Below the pieces are notes generated by a model. The model was given only the letters and a program-made list of their open reading frames with translations, searched no databases and was not told the DNA's origin. A program made the translations under genes and the position numbers. Shown here one piece after another: positions 47,622 through 56,970 of a stretch of DNA of 64,000 nucleotides; position 1 is the stretch's first letter, and each line of letters starts with the position of its first letter. This stretch comes from Candidatus Hydrogenedentota bacterium (lineage in GTDB: Bacteria > Hydrogenedentota > Hydrogenedentia > Hydrogenedentales > SLHB01), in assembly GCA_045863295.1 (NCBI GenBank), contig BTWA01000014.1, positions 84,879-148,878 of the forward strand. The letters run 5' to 3'.

Positions 47622-47677
47622 GTGGTCAGCCGTAAGGCACCCTTTTCCCTACCCGACACGCTTCAGGCAGTACCCGC

Positions 47678-49372
47678 CTATTGCGCCACGTTGATGAGCG
47701 TTTCCAACATCCGGTCGGCAATCGTGATGACGCGCGCGGACGCTTCGTATGCGCGTTGAAACACCAGCAGATTGGTCACTTCCTCGTCGAGGGAGACACC
47801 GCTTTGTTCCTGACGTCGCCTTTCCAAATCCTGAACGGCAAGGCCCTGACTCGAAAGTTGCTGTTCATTCGATCGGGACTCCACGCCAAACGCGGCGATC
47901 GTTGACTGGTAGAAGTCGTTCAGGGTAGACGAGCCAGAATCCAGCACACGCGCGGTACGCAGGGCCGCCATTTGCAGCGCGGCGGTATTGTCGCCGGTAT
48001 TGAGCGGGTCATCGCTGAATCCCGATGTAATCAGGGAAGGGTCGTTGGCCAGAACGGGATTGAATGCAATTGTCCGGGCGTCGGTTCCCGTGAAGAACGG
48101 GTTTGCGCCGAGGGCCGCGAGCGCTCCAGTTGAGTCATTGGCAAATCCGAAGGTAAACGGCGCGGTCGTTCCGAATTGCAGCGTGTTTCCGACAACGGTT
48201 GCGTCGAAGTTAGGTATCGCGTCCAAGGCCGTAGCGAGGCTGTTCAGCGTTGTCGCGCCTGTGATGTTGATGGTCGTCGTCGTTGGCACGCCGTTCGCGT
48301 CATAGACCACCACATCGAAACTGCCGGCGGTAACGTCGAAAGGCAGACCAGCGGCTATCAGGGGATTTGCCGGCGAGTTTACTTCATTGGCGGTGCTGAG
48401 GGTTCCGGAGAGGTTGTTCAGGCCGTTGCCCTGCGCGTGGATGTTGTTGATTTCGCGAATCAGGGATGCGGTCAATTCGTCGATTCGGGCGTCCAGCGCG
48501 GGGATAATGGTGTCGCGCGTGTTCAGTGCACCGAATAATTCGCCGCTCCGTATGCTCACCGGCTGTCCCGAGTCGGCAAAGCGCACCTCAAGTAAGTCGT
48601 TGCGTTCAGGATCAAGTGCCGGTTCGCGAACGGCCTCCAGCGAACGAATTCCGGTGCTGTCAATGAAGACGTTGCCGTCAATGAGCACGGTGATTTCACC
48701 GTTATCGATTTCGCGGGTGGTGATATTGATCAGTTTGGACAAGTCGTCGAGTACAACGTCGCGCTCGTCACTCAGGTCATTGGCGGTTGCGCCATTGCCC
48801 TGGGCGACGCGGATTTGTTCATTGAGTATGACGAGTCGATCGCCGAGTCCGTTGATCTCTTCAACCAGATTCCGGACTTCCTCGTTGGCATTGGTTCTGA
48901 GTTGGTCAAACCGAGAGACCAAATCATTGAGCCCGCTCGCCAGAGACTGCGCCTCGGATGCCAGCACCTCGCGCACGGGAAGCGACTCGACGTTGTTGGC
49001 GAAATCCGCAAGGACGTCGAAGAAATTGTCGAGACGCGTGCCGAACCCGTTTTCGCCGGGTTCCTGAAGTGCGTCTTCGATCAAGTTGTAGTACTGACCC
49101 TGCACTTCGGTAAATCCGAGGCTGCCGTATTCGGTGCGTAATACGCCGTCGAGAAACCCCTCCCGGGTTCGCGAGATATTTTGAACAAACACGCCGCGGC
49201 CCACAGCACCTTCGGGAAGTATGTTGGGACTGAACGTCGCCAAGTCCACGCGTTGCCGGGAATATCCTGCACGGTTTACGTTGGCGATGTTGTGGCCGGC
49301 AGTGTCGAGCTGGATTTGGGCGGCCCGTAATCCGGTCATTCCAATGGCAAGTGAACTGAATAAGGTACCCAA
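47678..49372 (-). CDS. flgK: flagellar hook-associated protein 1
   Basis: GLRAAQ...AGHNIANVNRAGYSRQRV at the N-terminus; NDLSDERD, SGELFG, GDNTAAL and C-terminal SGVSLDEEVTNLLVFQRAYEASARVI. Confidence 0.97.
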   Translation of the reverse strand: MGTLFSSLAIGMTGLRAAQIQLDTAGHNIANVNRAGYSRQRVDLATFSPNILPEGAVGRGVFVQNISRTREGFLDGVLRTEYGSLGFTEVQGQYYNLIEDALQEPGENGFGTRLDNFFDVLADFANNVESLPVREVLASEAQSLASGLNDLVSRFDQLRTNANEEVRNLVEEINGLGDRLVILNEQIRVAQGNGATANDLSDERDVVLDDLSKLINITTREIDNGEITVLIDGNVFIDSTGIRSLEAVREPALDPERNDLLEVRFADSGQPVSIRSGELFGALNTRDTIIPALDARIDELTASLIREINNIHAQGNGLNNLSGTLSTANEVNSPANPLIAAGLPFDVTAGSFDVVVYDANGVPTTTTINITGATTLNSLATALDAIPNFDATVVGNTLQFGTTAPFTFGFANDSTGALAALGANPFFTGTDARTIAFNPVLANDPSLITSGFSDDPLNTGDNTAALQMAALRTARVLDSGSSTLNDFYQSTIAAFGVESRSNEQQLSSQGLAVQDLERRRQEQSGVSLDEEVTNLLVFQRAYEASARVITIADRMLETLINVAQ

Positions 49373-49437
49373 GGCGATCTCCGTGCAACGGGTTGGATGC
49401 TGCGTAACATCTGGACTATGAGCAACCCGTGTTCCAA

Positions 49438-49465
49438 CTATCGGCGGAGAAGTGTAAGACCTTTA
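49438..49465 (-). promoter_or_regulatory. sigma28 (FliA/SigD-type) promoter of flgK
   Basis: Minus strand TAAA-N16-GCCGATAG, about 65 nt upstream of the flgK start. Confidence 0.85.
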
Positions 49466-49564
49466 GTAACACGGCTTAACAGAGACAGGGGGGATGTGTT
49501 GTAACTCACGGATACGGCAAGGCTTGCCGCCTACCGGGCAATTCCTGCTGACCATTTCGTTCCG

Positions 49565-51136
49565 TCAGGCATATCCCGGTGGTGGAACAAATCCGCCGAG
49601 AAGCTCCGCTAGGCAGGCAGCCAACTCGATGGATGTGGCGTCTTCCAGATACGGCCCCATGATTTGCGCCCCGACCGGCAATCCTGTGTTGGTGCGTCCC
49701 ACTGGAGCGACCGTGGCGGGCAATCCGGCCAGCGTGGCGAACGAGATCCAGAACAAGTGGTCGAAATACGGTCGCGGCCCGTGGGGAGCGTCGATCACGC
49801 GGGCGGGCAACGGTTCCGTCTGCACGTGGGGAAATGCCGTGCTAAACGAGGTGGGGAGGATAAACGCGTCGCACGATTGAAAGAAGGCCTGCCACCGGTT
49901 GCGGGCATCCCGCTGTGCTCGGAAGGCTTCGCTGACTCGATAGTAGGGATCCGTGTGGGCCTTGGAGTACAACTTCATGATGTTGTCATCCGGAGCTTGG
50001 GAAAACATTTCGATTTGAGGCGCCGTCAGTTCATCGGGTTCAGAGGCGTAGGCCAACATCAGAATGTAGAAGTAGGACCTGAATTGTTCGACTGGGTCGA
50101 TCCCTTCGGGCCAACCTTCAGTCACTCTAGCCCCTGCCTTTTCCAATGCGTCCACAGCGGATTTAATCTGCGTCTGTACTTCCGGGTCGACAGGACATAA
50201 GGGATGGTCGAGAACAAAGTTCACGCGAAATTCCGCGGGCCGAGAGCCACGGGGCTGGGGCAGTGACCAGCGGTAGGCAACAGCGTCGTGCCCGCTGGGT
50301 CCGCCCAGCACTTCCAGTGCGGCCCGCAAGTCCGTGGCGCTGCGAGCCAATGGACCGGTGACGGACAGGAAATCCGGTGCAGGCGGGAGAGGATCCGGCA
50401 ACGACGCGAGTTCACCGGCCGTCGGCAAGATATCCATGGTAGGCTTGTGGCCGTAGACCCCACAGAAACTGGCGGGGTTGCGAATGGATCCGCCAATATC
50501 GCTTCCTAATGCGAGGTATCCCAGACCCGCCGCCAAGGCCGCGGCGCCGCCGCCGGTGGAGCCTCCGGGGGTTTTCGTCAAATCCCATGGGTTGTTGGTT
50601 GTGCCAAATACGGCGTTGAACGTCTGCATGTCGGCCGCGAATAGCGGGACGTTGGTTTTGCCGACCAAAACTGCGCCTGCGTGCCGAAGGCGTTCCACCA
50701 GCGGTGCATCTGTTGTCGGTCGATAATCTGAAAGGTCGATAGAGCCGGCGGTGGTGCGGACGCCCTTCATCTCAAAGGTGTCTTTTACGGTGCATGGCAC
50801 CCCGTGAAACGGTCCCCACCATTGACCGCGGGCGTGCGCCTCGTCGGCGGCCTGAGCCGAGGCAATGGCTTCTTCCTCGGTCAACGTTACCATGGCATTG
50901 ATGGGCTTATTGTATTTCGAGATTCGCGCAAAACAATGGCGGGTGAGTTCGACCGAACTGACTTCGTTTGAACGAATGGCCCTGGCGGCCTCCAGCGCTG
51001 AAGCAAAGGCCAACGACTCGAGTTTTCCCTGAGCCATATCCGTATGTCCTTCCGGTTGAATCGATGCGGCTGCTGCGATAGCCGTTGCTGAAGCCAGGAA
51101 AGTCCGCCTGTCAATCGAAATTTGGTGTAAATGCAT
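49565..51136 (-). CDS. amidase-signature family enzyme, probable Tat substrate
   Basis: DRRTFL twin-arginine signal; GPFHGVPCTVKD, GKTNVP, PGGSTGG, GSDIGGSIRNPA and GLPVGAQ motifs. ATG 51136 chosen over the ORF-track 51496. Confidence 0.93.
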   Translation of the reverse strand: MHLHQISIDRRTFLASATAIAAAASIQPEGHTDMAQGKLESLAFASALEAARAIRSNEVSSVELTRHCFARISKYNKPINAMVTLTEEEAIASAQAADEAHARGQWWGPFHGVPCTVKDTFEMKGVRTTAGSIDLSDYRPTTDAPLVERLRHAGAVLVGKTNVPLFAADMQTFNAVFGTTNNPWDLTKTPGGSTGGGAAALAAGLGYLALGSDIGGSIRNPASFCGVYGHKPTMDILPTAGELASLPDPLPPAPDFLSVTGPLARSATDLRAALEVLGGPSGHDAVAYRWSLPQPRGSRPAEFRVNFVLDHPLCPVDPEVQTQIKSAVDALEKAGARVTEGWPEGIDPVEQFRSYFYILMLAYASEPDELTAPQIEMFSQAPDDNIMKLYSKAHTDPYYRVSEAFRAQRDARNRWQAFFQSCDAFILPTSFSTAFPHVQTEPLPARVIDAPHGPRPYFDHLFWISFATLAGLPATVAPVGRTNTGLPVGAQIMGPYLEDATSIELAACLAELLGGFVPPPGYA

Positions 51137-51274
51137 GGTAGCCTTGCCCCCCAACTCCCGGTATTGTATAGGTACACACGCAACACATTCCAAGGAATGC
51201 ACCGGCGAGGAGTGGATAGCCCGGTTGAATAGCCGACTTAGAATTTTCGTCATGTTTGGACAGGGAGTACTGTA

Positions 51275-52258
51275 TTGACCGATACGATTTCCATTGTGGT
51301 GCCCGCGCTCAACGAGCGGCAGAATCTCGAAGAATTGCACCGGCGTCTTGTGTGCGTTTTTACCGATCTCCCCGAAACGTGGGAGCTCGTCGTCGTGGAC
51401 GATGGTAGTGACGACGGGACACGAGAATGGCTTGCCGGGGCGGCCCAACGGGATTCCCGTGTGCGCGGCATTGTGCTTTCCCGGAGTTTCGGCCAAAGCG
51501 CGGCGATCACCGCGGGCATCGAGGCTGCGCTTGGAGATGCGGTGGTTATTATGGATGCGGATCTCCAGGATCCGCCGGAGGTAATCCCGAAGTTAATCGC
51601 CTGCTGGCGGCAGGGGTTTCATGTGGCGGCGGGACGCCGCATCCGGCGACCAGGCGAACGGATGTCAAAGCGGTTCTTTGCGTGGATGTTTTACCGGATC
51701 ATGAATGCGGTGGTCGGATGGGATATCCCCTTTGACACGGGCGAGTTTCGCCTCATCGACCGCAGCGTGGCCGCAGTTTACCGGGCATGCCCGCAACGCC
51801 ACCGCCTTGTGCGCACCCTGACCTCCTGGTCGGGTTTCAAGCAGACGACAGTCGAGTATGAACAGGGGATACGCCAATCCGGGACGACCAAATATTCGTT
51901 TCAGAAGAGTCTACGCCTGGGTCTGACGAGTTTGACCAGTTTTTCGCTGGCGCCGGTACGGCTGGCCACCGCGTTTGGGGCATTGTGCGTGGTGGGGTCT
52001 GTTCTCGCTTTGGCAGCCCTGGCTCTAGGGTATCTTCTGGGATGGCAAGTGCCGGGATTGGTGTTTCTGATAGTCAGCCTTTGGTTCATGGGTGGCGTTC
52101 AGTGTGTGTTCCTGGGAATCGTTGGGGAATATGCGGGCAGAACGTACATGGAAACCCAACACCGGCCGATATTTGTGGTGGAGGAGACTTTTGGGCTTTC
52201 TACTGCGCGTTCCGAAACAGGTGCATCCGACGACCTCGAGAGTGCGAGACATCGGTAA
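51275..52258 (+). CDS. glycosyltransferase family 2, GtrB/ArnC-like polyprenol-phosphate glycosyltransferase
   Basis: ISIVVPALNE, VDDGSDDGT, LSRSFGQ, DADLQDPPE and DTGEFRLIDR; two C-terminal TM helices; GEYAGR...RP. Confidence 0.95.
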   Translation: MTDTISIVVPALNERQNLEELHRRLVCVFTDLPETWELVVVDDGSDDGTREWLAGAAQRDSRVRGIVLSRSFGQSAAITAGIEAALGDAVVIMDADLQDPPEVIPKLIACWRQGFHVAAGRRIRRPGERMSKRFFAWMFYRIMNAVVGWDIPFDTGEFRLIDRSVAAVYRACPQRHRLVRTLTSWSGFKQTTVEYEQGIRQSGTTKYSFQKSLRLGLTSLTSFSLAPVRLATAFGALCVVGSVLALAALALGYLLGWQVPGLVFLIVSLWFMGGVQCVFLGIVGEYAGRTYMETQHRPIFVVEETFGLSTARSETGASDDLESARHR

Positions 52259-52332
52259 TCTCCGATTTGTAGCTTACCAAGTCCGGTGGGGTATGATATT
52301 GGCTCGTTGAAAGCCGTGTATTCTTGCCTCGA

Positions 52333-53316
52333 ATGGAGTATTCACCGGTGCCTTCCCCTTTGGGAAACGGAGTTGACCGTCCACTGCATCCTGCGCGCCA
52401 AGGTTCCCGGTACGTGCTATGCGCGATTTTCGCGAACGTCGCGTTGGCCTTCGTGAAGGGCATGGCGGGAGTCCTGGGTCACTCCTATGCGCTGGTGGCG
52501 GATGCCCTCGAATCCCTATTGGATGTCTTTCAATCCCTCGTCGTGTATGCCGGTTTGCACATTGCCGCCGTGCCGCCGGACGACGACCACCCGTACGGGC
52601 ATGGCAAAGCCGAGCCCTTGGCGGCGGTTGTGATCTCCCTTGGATTGTTGCTTGGAGCGCTGATCATTGCGATTCAGAGTGTCCGGGAGATATTGACACC
52701 GCATCGGGCGCCGTACGCGTTTACACTTGTGGTATTGGTTGCGGTGGTTGTGATCAAGGAGACACTATTCCGCATTCTGGACAGAGTAGGCAGACGCATT
52801 GAAAGCAACGCGGTTAAGTCCGATGCCTGGCATCACCGTAGCGATGCGCTCACTTCCATCGCGGCATTCGTAGGAATCAGCATTGCCCTAATTGGAGGCA
52901 AAGGCTATGAAGCCGCGGATGACTGGGCAGCACTTCTCGCGTGCGGCATTATTGCCTGGAACGGTTTTCGATTGTTGAAGCCGACGCTCAATGAACTCAT
53001 GGACGCCGCGCCCGATCCGTCCATCGAACGCGACGTGCGATTGTTGGCCATGCAAGTGGAAGGCGTTGTTGGGTTGGATTCGTGCTGGGTGCGTAAGATG
53101 GGCTTTGAGTATTTTGTCGACCTGCACGTAGAGGTTGACGGCAACCAGACTGTGCGCGAAGGACACGAGATTGCGCACCGGGTGAAGGACGCGATCCGTA
53201 AGGAGAGGCCGCAAATTCGCGACGTGCTCATCCACGTGGAACCCGGCGCACGGCGGCCTTGCGGCGACACGCTTGCCGTTTCGGAAAAGAAGGAAGCGTC
53301 CATTGGCAAAAGCTGA
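52333..53316 (+). CDS. cation diffusion facilitator (FieF/YiiP-like) transporter
   Basis: SYALVADALES, PPDDDHPYGHGKAE, DAWHHRSDA, VDLHVEVD and VLIHVEP motifs. Start uncertain (52324-52348). Confidence 0.95.
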   Translation: MEYSPVPSPLGNGVDRPLHPARQGSRYVLCAIFANVALAFVKGMAGVLGHSYALVADALESLLDVFQSLVVYAGLHIAAVPPDDDHPYGHGKAEPLAAVVISLGLLLGALIIAIQSVREILTPHRAPYAFTLVVLVAVVVIKETLFRILDRVGRRIESNAVKSDAWHHRSDALTSIAAFVGISIALIGGKGYEAADDWAALLACGIIAWNGFRLLKPTLNELMDAAPDPSIERDVRLLAMQVEGVVGLDSCWVRKMGFEYFVDLHVEVDGNQTVREGHEIAHRVKDAIRKERPQIRDVLIHVEPGARRPCGDTLAVSEKKEASIGKS

Positions 53317-53327
53317 ATACCGAGGAT

Positions 53328-54545
53328 GTGACCGGTTTGCGGAATAGGTTTCTCCACAGACGGTGGTTTGCTTTTGCTGCCCTGACAGTAACGGGCCTTG
53401 TTTTCTTTTTCGCTATGATTACCGGCGAACGGTTGATGGTACCGGAATGGGGTCAACCGGCGTTTACCTGGATCTTTCGGGTACTCTATTTCGTTCATCT
53501 ACCGGCGGTCTTGTTGATTCAGACTATTTGGCCTCAAGCAGGCGGTCATCCTCCCTGGGAAAGCTACCTTGTTTCGTGCATGTCTATTCCGTTCATTTAT
53601 TGGGCGGCGATACGATTGTTGTGGCGCTTGTACACGCGATTTAATGAACCCGGAGAAATTGACGCTGGCCGGCGGCTCTTCCTGGCGAGAAGCGCTGGCG
53701 GGGCCGTGGCGTTGACCGGGTCCGGGCTCGGCACCTATGGGGTCATCTTTGAGCCGAATCAATTACGCGTCCGGCGATACACGATAGGCATTCGCGATTT
53801 GCCGTTGGCCATGGACGGCATGCGACTGCTTCAGATCTCTGATACCCATTGCGGACCCATGATGTCCATGTCTTTCCTGCATCATGTGATCGATCAGGCG
53901 AACCGCATCAGCGCGGATGCTGTACTTCTTACGGGCGACTATGTGCATCGGACACCGATGGCGGTGGAACCGGGCATTGGATTGTTCAATGCATTGCGAA
54001 GCCGGTGCGGCGCCGTGGCCGTTTTGGGAAACCACGACCACTGGGAGGGGAAAGAGGCCTGCGTTGCCATGTTCAAGCAGGTGGGCATTCCTCTGATCGA
54101 CAATCGGCGCGTGTATCTCTCCGCGAACGGTTTTCAGTCCGAGTACATGCCAGACTCGATTTGTGTCGCCGGGGTCGGGGACTTGTGGTGTGATGACGTA
54201 TTGATGTCGGAGGCACTTGCTGGGGTACCTCTGGAAATGCCTCGAATCTTGTTATCGCACAATCCTGATGTGGCGGAGACGATGGATGCCCAGCACCGCG
54301 TCGATTTGATGATCAGCGGTCACACACACGGGGGACAAGTTCGGCTGCCTTTGTTGGGGACGCCGATTGTTCCCAGCCGGTATGGATCGAAGTATGCCGG
54401 CGGGCTTTGCCGGGGGCCACGATGCCGTGTATTGGTGTCTCGGGGGGTCGGCATTGCCGTTTTGCCGGTGCGGTTCCGGGTGCCGCCAGAAATTGGCTTG
54501 ATTACATTGCAGAAGGAACAAGACTCCGGCCAGCGTAATGTGTAG
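53328..54545 (+). CDS. membrane-anchored metallophosphoesterase (YkuE/YaeI-like)
   Basis: N-terminal TM helices and internal RRLFL motif; ISDTH, LTGDY, GNHDH, LSHNPD and SGHTHGGQV. Confidence 0.92.
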   Translation: MTGLRNRFLHRRWFAFAALTVTGLVFFFAMITGERLMVPEWGQPAFTWIFRVLYFVHLPAVLLIQTIWPQAGGHPPWESYLVSCMSIPFIYWAAIRLLWRLYTRFNEPGEIDAGRRLFLARSAGGAVALTGSGLGTYGVIFEPNQLRVRRYTIGIRDLPLAMDGMRLLQISDTHCGPMMSMSFLHHVIDQANRISADAVLLTGDYVHRTPMAVEPGIGLFNALRSRCGAVAVLGNHDHWEGKEACVAMFKQVGIPLIDNRRVYLSANGFQSEYMPDSICVAGVGDLWCDDVLMSEALAGVPLEMPRILLSHNPDVAETMDAQHRVDLMISGHTHGGQVRLPLLGTPIVPSRYGSKYAGGLCRGPRCRVLVSRGVGIAVLPVRFRVPPEIGLITLQKEQDSGQRNV

Positions 54546-54575
54546 TATAAGCGTATCAAGAGGGAGGTTATCCGT

Positions 54576-55373
54576 ATGAACAGGCGGGCATTTCTAGGGA
54601 CATCCGCGATCGCGTTGGCTTCGTTTGCCGGAACGCCGACAGCAACTGCTCGGGATGCAGCGGGTTTTGATCTTGGCGCGCAGAGCTACAGCTTTCGCAA
54701 TTTTGATATGAATGGCGCCATAGCCCAACTCAGGTCGCTCGGGCTGAATTCGATTGAATTCTGTGCCGTGCATTTTCCGGCCGATCCGGACAATCCCAAG
54801 CTGGAAGAAATCAAGGCGGCCATCGCGTCCGCCGGCGTCACGGTGCCCTGCTATGGCGTGGAAGGCTTTTCCAAAGACGAAGCGGCCAACCGGAAGAAGT
54901 TCGAATTTGCCAAGGCACTGGGGATCGGAATCTTGACGGCCGATCCGGAGCCGGATTCGTTTGACGTACTCGACAAGCTGGTCGAGGAATACCAAATCAA
55001 AATCGCCATTCACAATCATGGCCCAAAGGCGCGCTACGACAAGGTTGCAGACACGATTAGTGCGGTCCAGGGCCACCATGCATTCATTGGAGCCTGCGTG
55101 GACACGGGGCACGTGATTCGATCGGGCGAAAAGCCACACGAAGTCATCGAAGCGCTGGGCGATCGCGTCATTTCTCTTCACCTGAAGGATTGGATTCACG
55201 GCGGGGCGGAACAGATTCTCGGCAAAGGCGACATGGATCTCGCTGCCGTTGCCAAAGCACTTCGTGCGGTCAAGTTCGACGGGCCATTGATGATGGAGTA
55301 TGAGGAGCATCCAGACGATCCGGCGCCGCACATGAAAGAGGGGATGGAAAACTGGGAGGCAGCCGCCAAGTAG
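54576..55373 (+). CDS. Tat-exported sugar phosphate isomerase/epimerase (xylose-isomerase-like TIM barrel)
   Basis: MNRRAFL signal; QSYSFR, IAIHNHG, DTGH, HLKD and EYE motifs; GGAGG RBS. Confidence 0.93.
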   Translation: MNRRAFLGTSAIALASFAGTPTATARDAAGFDLGAQSYSFRNFDMNGAIAQLRSLGLNSIEFCAVHFPADPDNPKLEEIKAAIASAGVTVPCYGVEGFSKDEAANRKKFEFAKALGIGILTADPEPDSFDVLDKLVEEYQIKIAIHNHGPKARYDKVADTISAVQGHHAFIGACVDTGHVIRSGEKPHEVIEALGDRVISLHLKDWIHGGAEQILGKGDMDLAAVAKALRAVKFDGPLMMEYEEHPDDPAPHMKEGMENWEAAAK

Positions 55374-55407
55374 TCAGCGCGCCCCGCCCAATTGGCAGAG
55401 GGGGAGC

Positions 55408-56940
55408 ATGAACCCACTTAACCGTCGCGAATTTCTGGGCGCTACGGCCGCCGCAGTCATGGGGGCTTCGTGCGCCACGCCGGGCGGAACCCGGCACGGT
55501 TCGGGAAAGCGGCCGAACATTGTGCTTGTTCTTGCCGATGATATGGGCGTGGGCGATGTGCAATCGTTGTATCCACAAGGGTTGATTCCGACGCCCCATC
55601 TCGACCGGCTGGTCCGCGGCGGGATGCATTTCACGGACGCACACAGCGGATCGGCGGTTTGTACTCCCACGCGATACGGACTACTGACCGGGCGTTACGC
55701 ATGGCGGACGGTGCTGCAAGAGTGGGTCGTGACTGCGTATGAGCCACCGCTGATTGCCCCGGACCGGCTCACCTTGCCCGGAATGCTCCGGCAGCTAGGG
55801 TATGCAACGGCGTGCATCGGAAAATGGCATTTGGGGTGGAACTGGGCCGGCGACGGTGTTGGTCCGGAGATGAAGCCGGATTTCACGCAGCCCATTCTCA
55901 ACGGGCCCACTACACGCGGCTTTGACTACTACTTTGGGACCGACGTCCCCAATCTCCCACCCTTCACATTTATTGAAAACGATCGCGTGGTGACGCAGCC
56001 TACGGCGGAATACACCCATGACCCCACACTCCACATGGGATGGAAGGGTGGGCCGATGGCGCCGGGGTGGCGTTTCGATCGTATTCTACCTACCCTTACC
56101 GAACGCTGCGTGGCGTACGTTCATGAGCATGCTGAGAAGAACCAGCCGTTCTTTCTTTACTTTCCGATGACCACGCCTCACGAGCCTATTGCACCCTCGG
56201 ATTCCTTCAAGGGGAAAAGCGGCATTGCACCGGTCGCCGATCTGGTCATGGAAACAGACTGGTCTGTAGGGCAGGTGATGAAGGCGGTCGATGACGCCGG
56301 GATTGCCGATGATACGATTTTTGTTTTCACCACCGACAACGGGCACTCGCACTACACGGGTTGGGAGAAACTACTGGAGGCCGGACACCGCGCCAGCGGT
56401 CCCTATCGAGGACACAAGGCCCGCATCTACGAAGGTGGACATCGCGTGCCTTTCATCGTACGTTGGCCCGGTACTGTAACGCCGGATTCCCAAAGCCGCC
56501 AGTTGGTTTGCCTCGGCGATTTCATCGCCACCTTTGCGGACTATTTCAAGTTTCCGTTGCCGGCACATAGCGCCGAAGACAGTTTCAGCTTCCTGCCTGT
56601 TCTCAGGGATGAATCGACAACATCGGCCCGTGATGCCATCGTGCACCATGATGTGCGCGGCCGTTTTGCCATCCGACATGGACCATGGAAGCTGGTGATT
56701 AACTCCGGACGAGACGTTGATCCGGTATTGGAACTCTACAACTTGGATTGGGATGTTGCGGAAAGTCAGGATCTGAGTGGGGTGAATCCAGCTATCGTGA
56801 AACGGCTCAGTGGGCTTCTGGAATCGTATGTCGCCAATGGACGAAGTACACCCGGAGTGCCGCAGCTAAACGACACCCTTGAGATTGACCTCTATCATTT
56901 TCCAAAGCAGCGATGGGCCACACCACGCCCAACTTCTTGA
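55408..56940 (+). CDS. Tat-exported Cys-type arylsulfatase (S1 family)
   Basis: NRREFL signal; PNIVLVLADDMG, CTPTRYGLLTGRY (formylglycine motif), GKWHLG, TTDNG and EGGHRVP. Confidence 0.96.
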   Translation: MNPLNRREFLGATAAAVMGASCATPGGTRHGSGKRPNIVLVLADDMGVGDVQSLYPQGLIPTPHLDRLVRGGMHFTDAHSGSAVCTPTRYGLLTGRYAWRTVLQEWVVTAYEPPLIAPDRLTLPGMLRQLGYATACIGKWHLGWNWAGDGVGPEMKPDFTQPILNGPTTRGFDYYFGTDVPNLPPFTFIENDRVVTQPTAEYTHDPTLHMGWKGGPMAPGWRFDRILPTLTERCVAYVHEHAEKNQPFFLYFPMTTPHEPIAPSDSFKGKSGIAPVADLVMETDWSVGQVMKAVDDAGIADDTIFVFTTDNGHSHYTGWEKLLEAGHRASGPYRGHKARIYEGGHRVPFIVRWPGTVTPDSQSRQLVCLGDFIATFADYFKFPLPAHSAEDSFSFLPVLRDESTTSARDAIVHHDVRGRFAIRHGPWKLVINSGRDVDPVLELYNLDWDVAESQDLSGVNPAIVKRLSGLLESYVANGRSTPGVPQLNDTLEIDLYHFPKQRWATPRPTS

Positions 56941-56970
56941 GAGCGAGTTAAAATACACTCTGGAGACACC

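Noticed and set aside
51137..51496. 120-aa N-terminal extension of the amidase ORF
   Set aside because: Overlaps the divergent GT2 gene; the Tat signal starts at ATG 51136.
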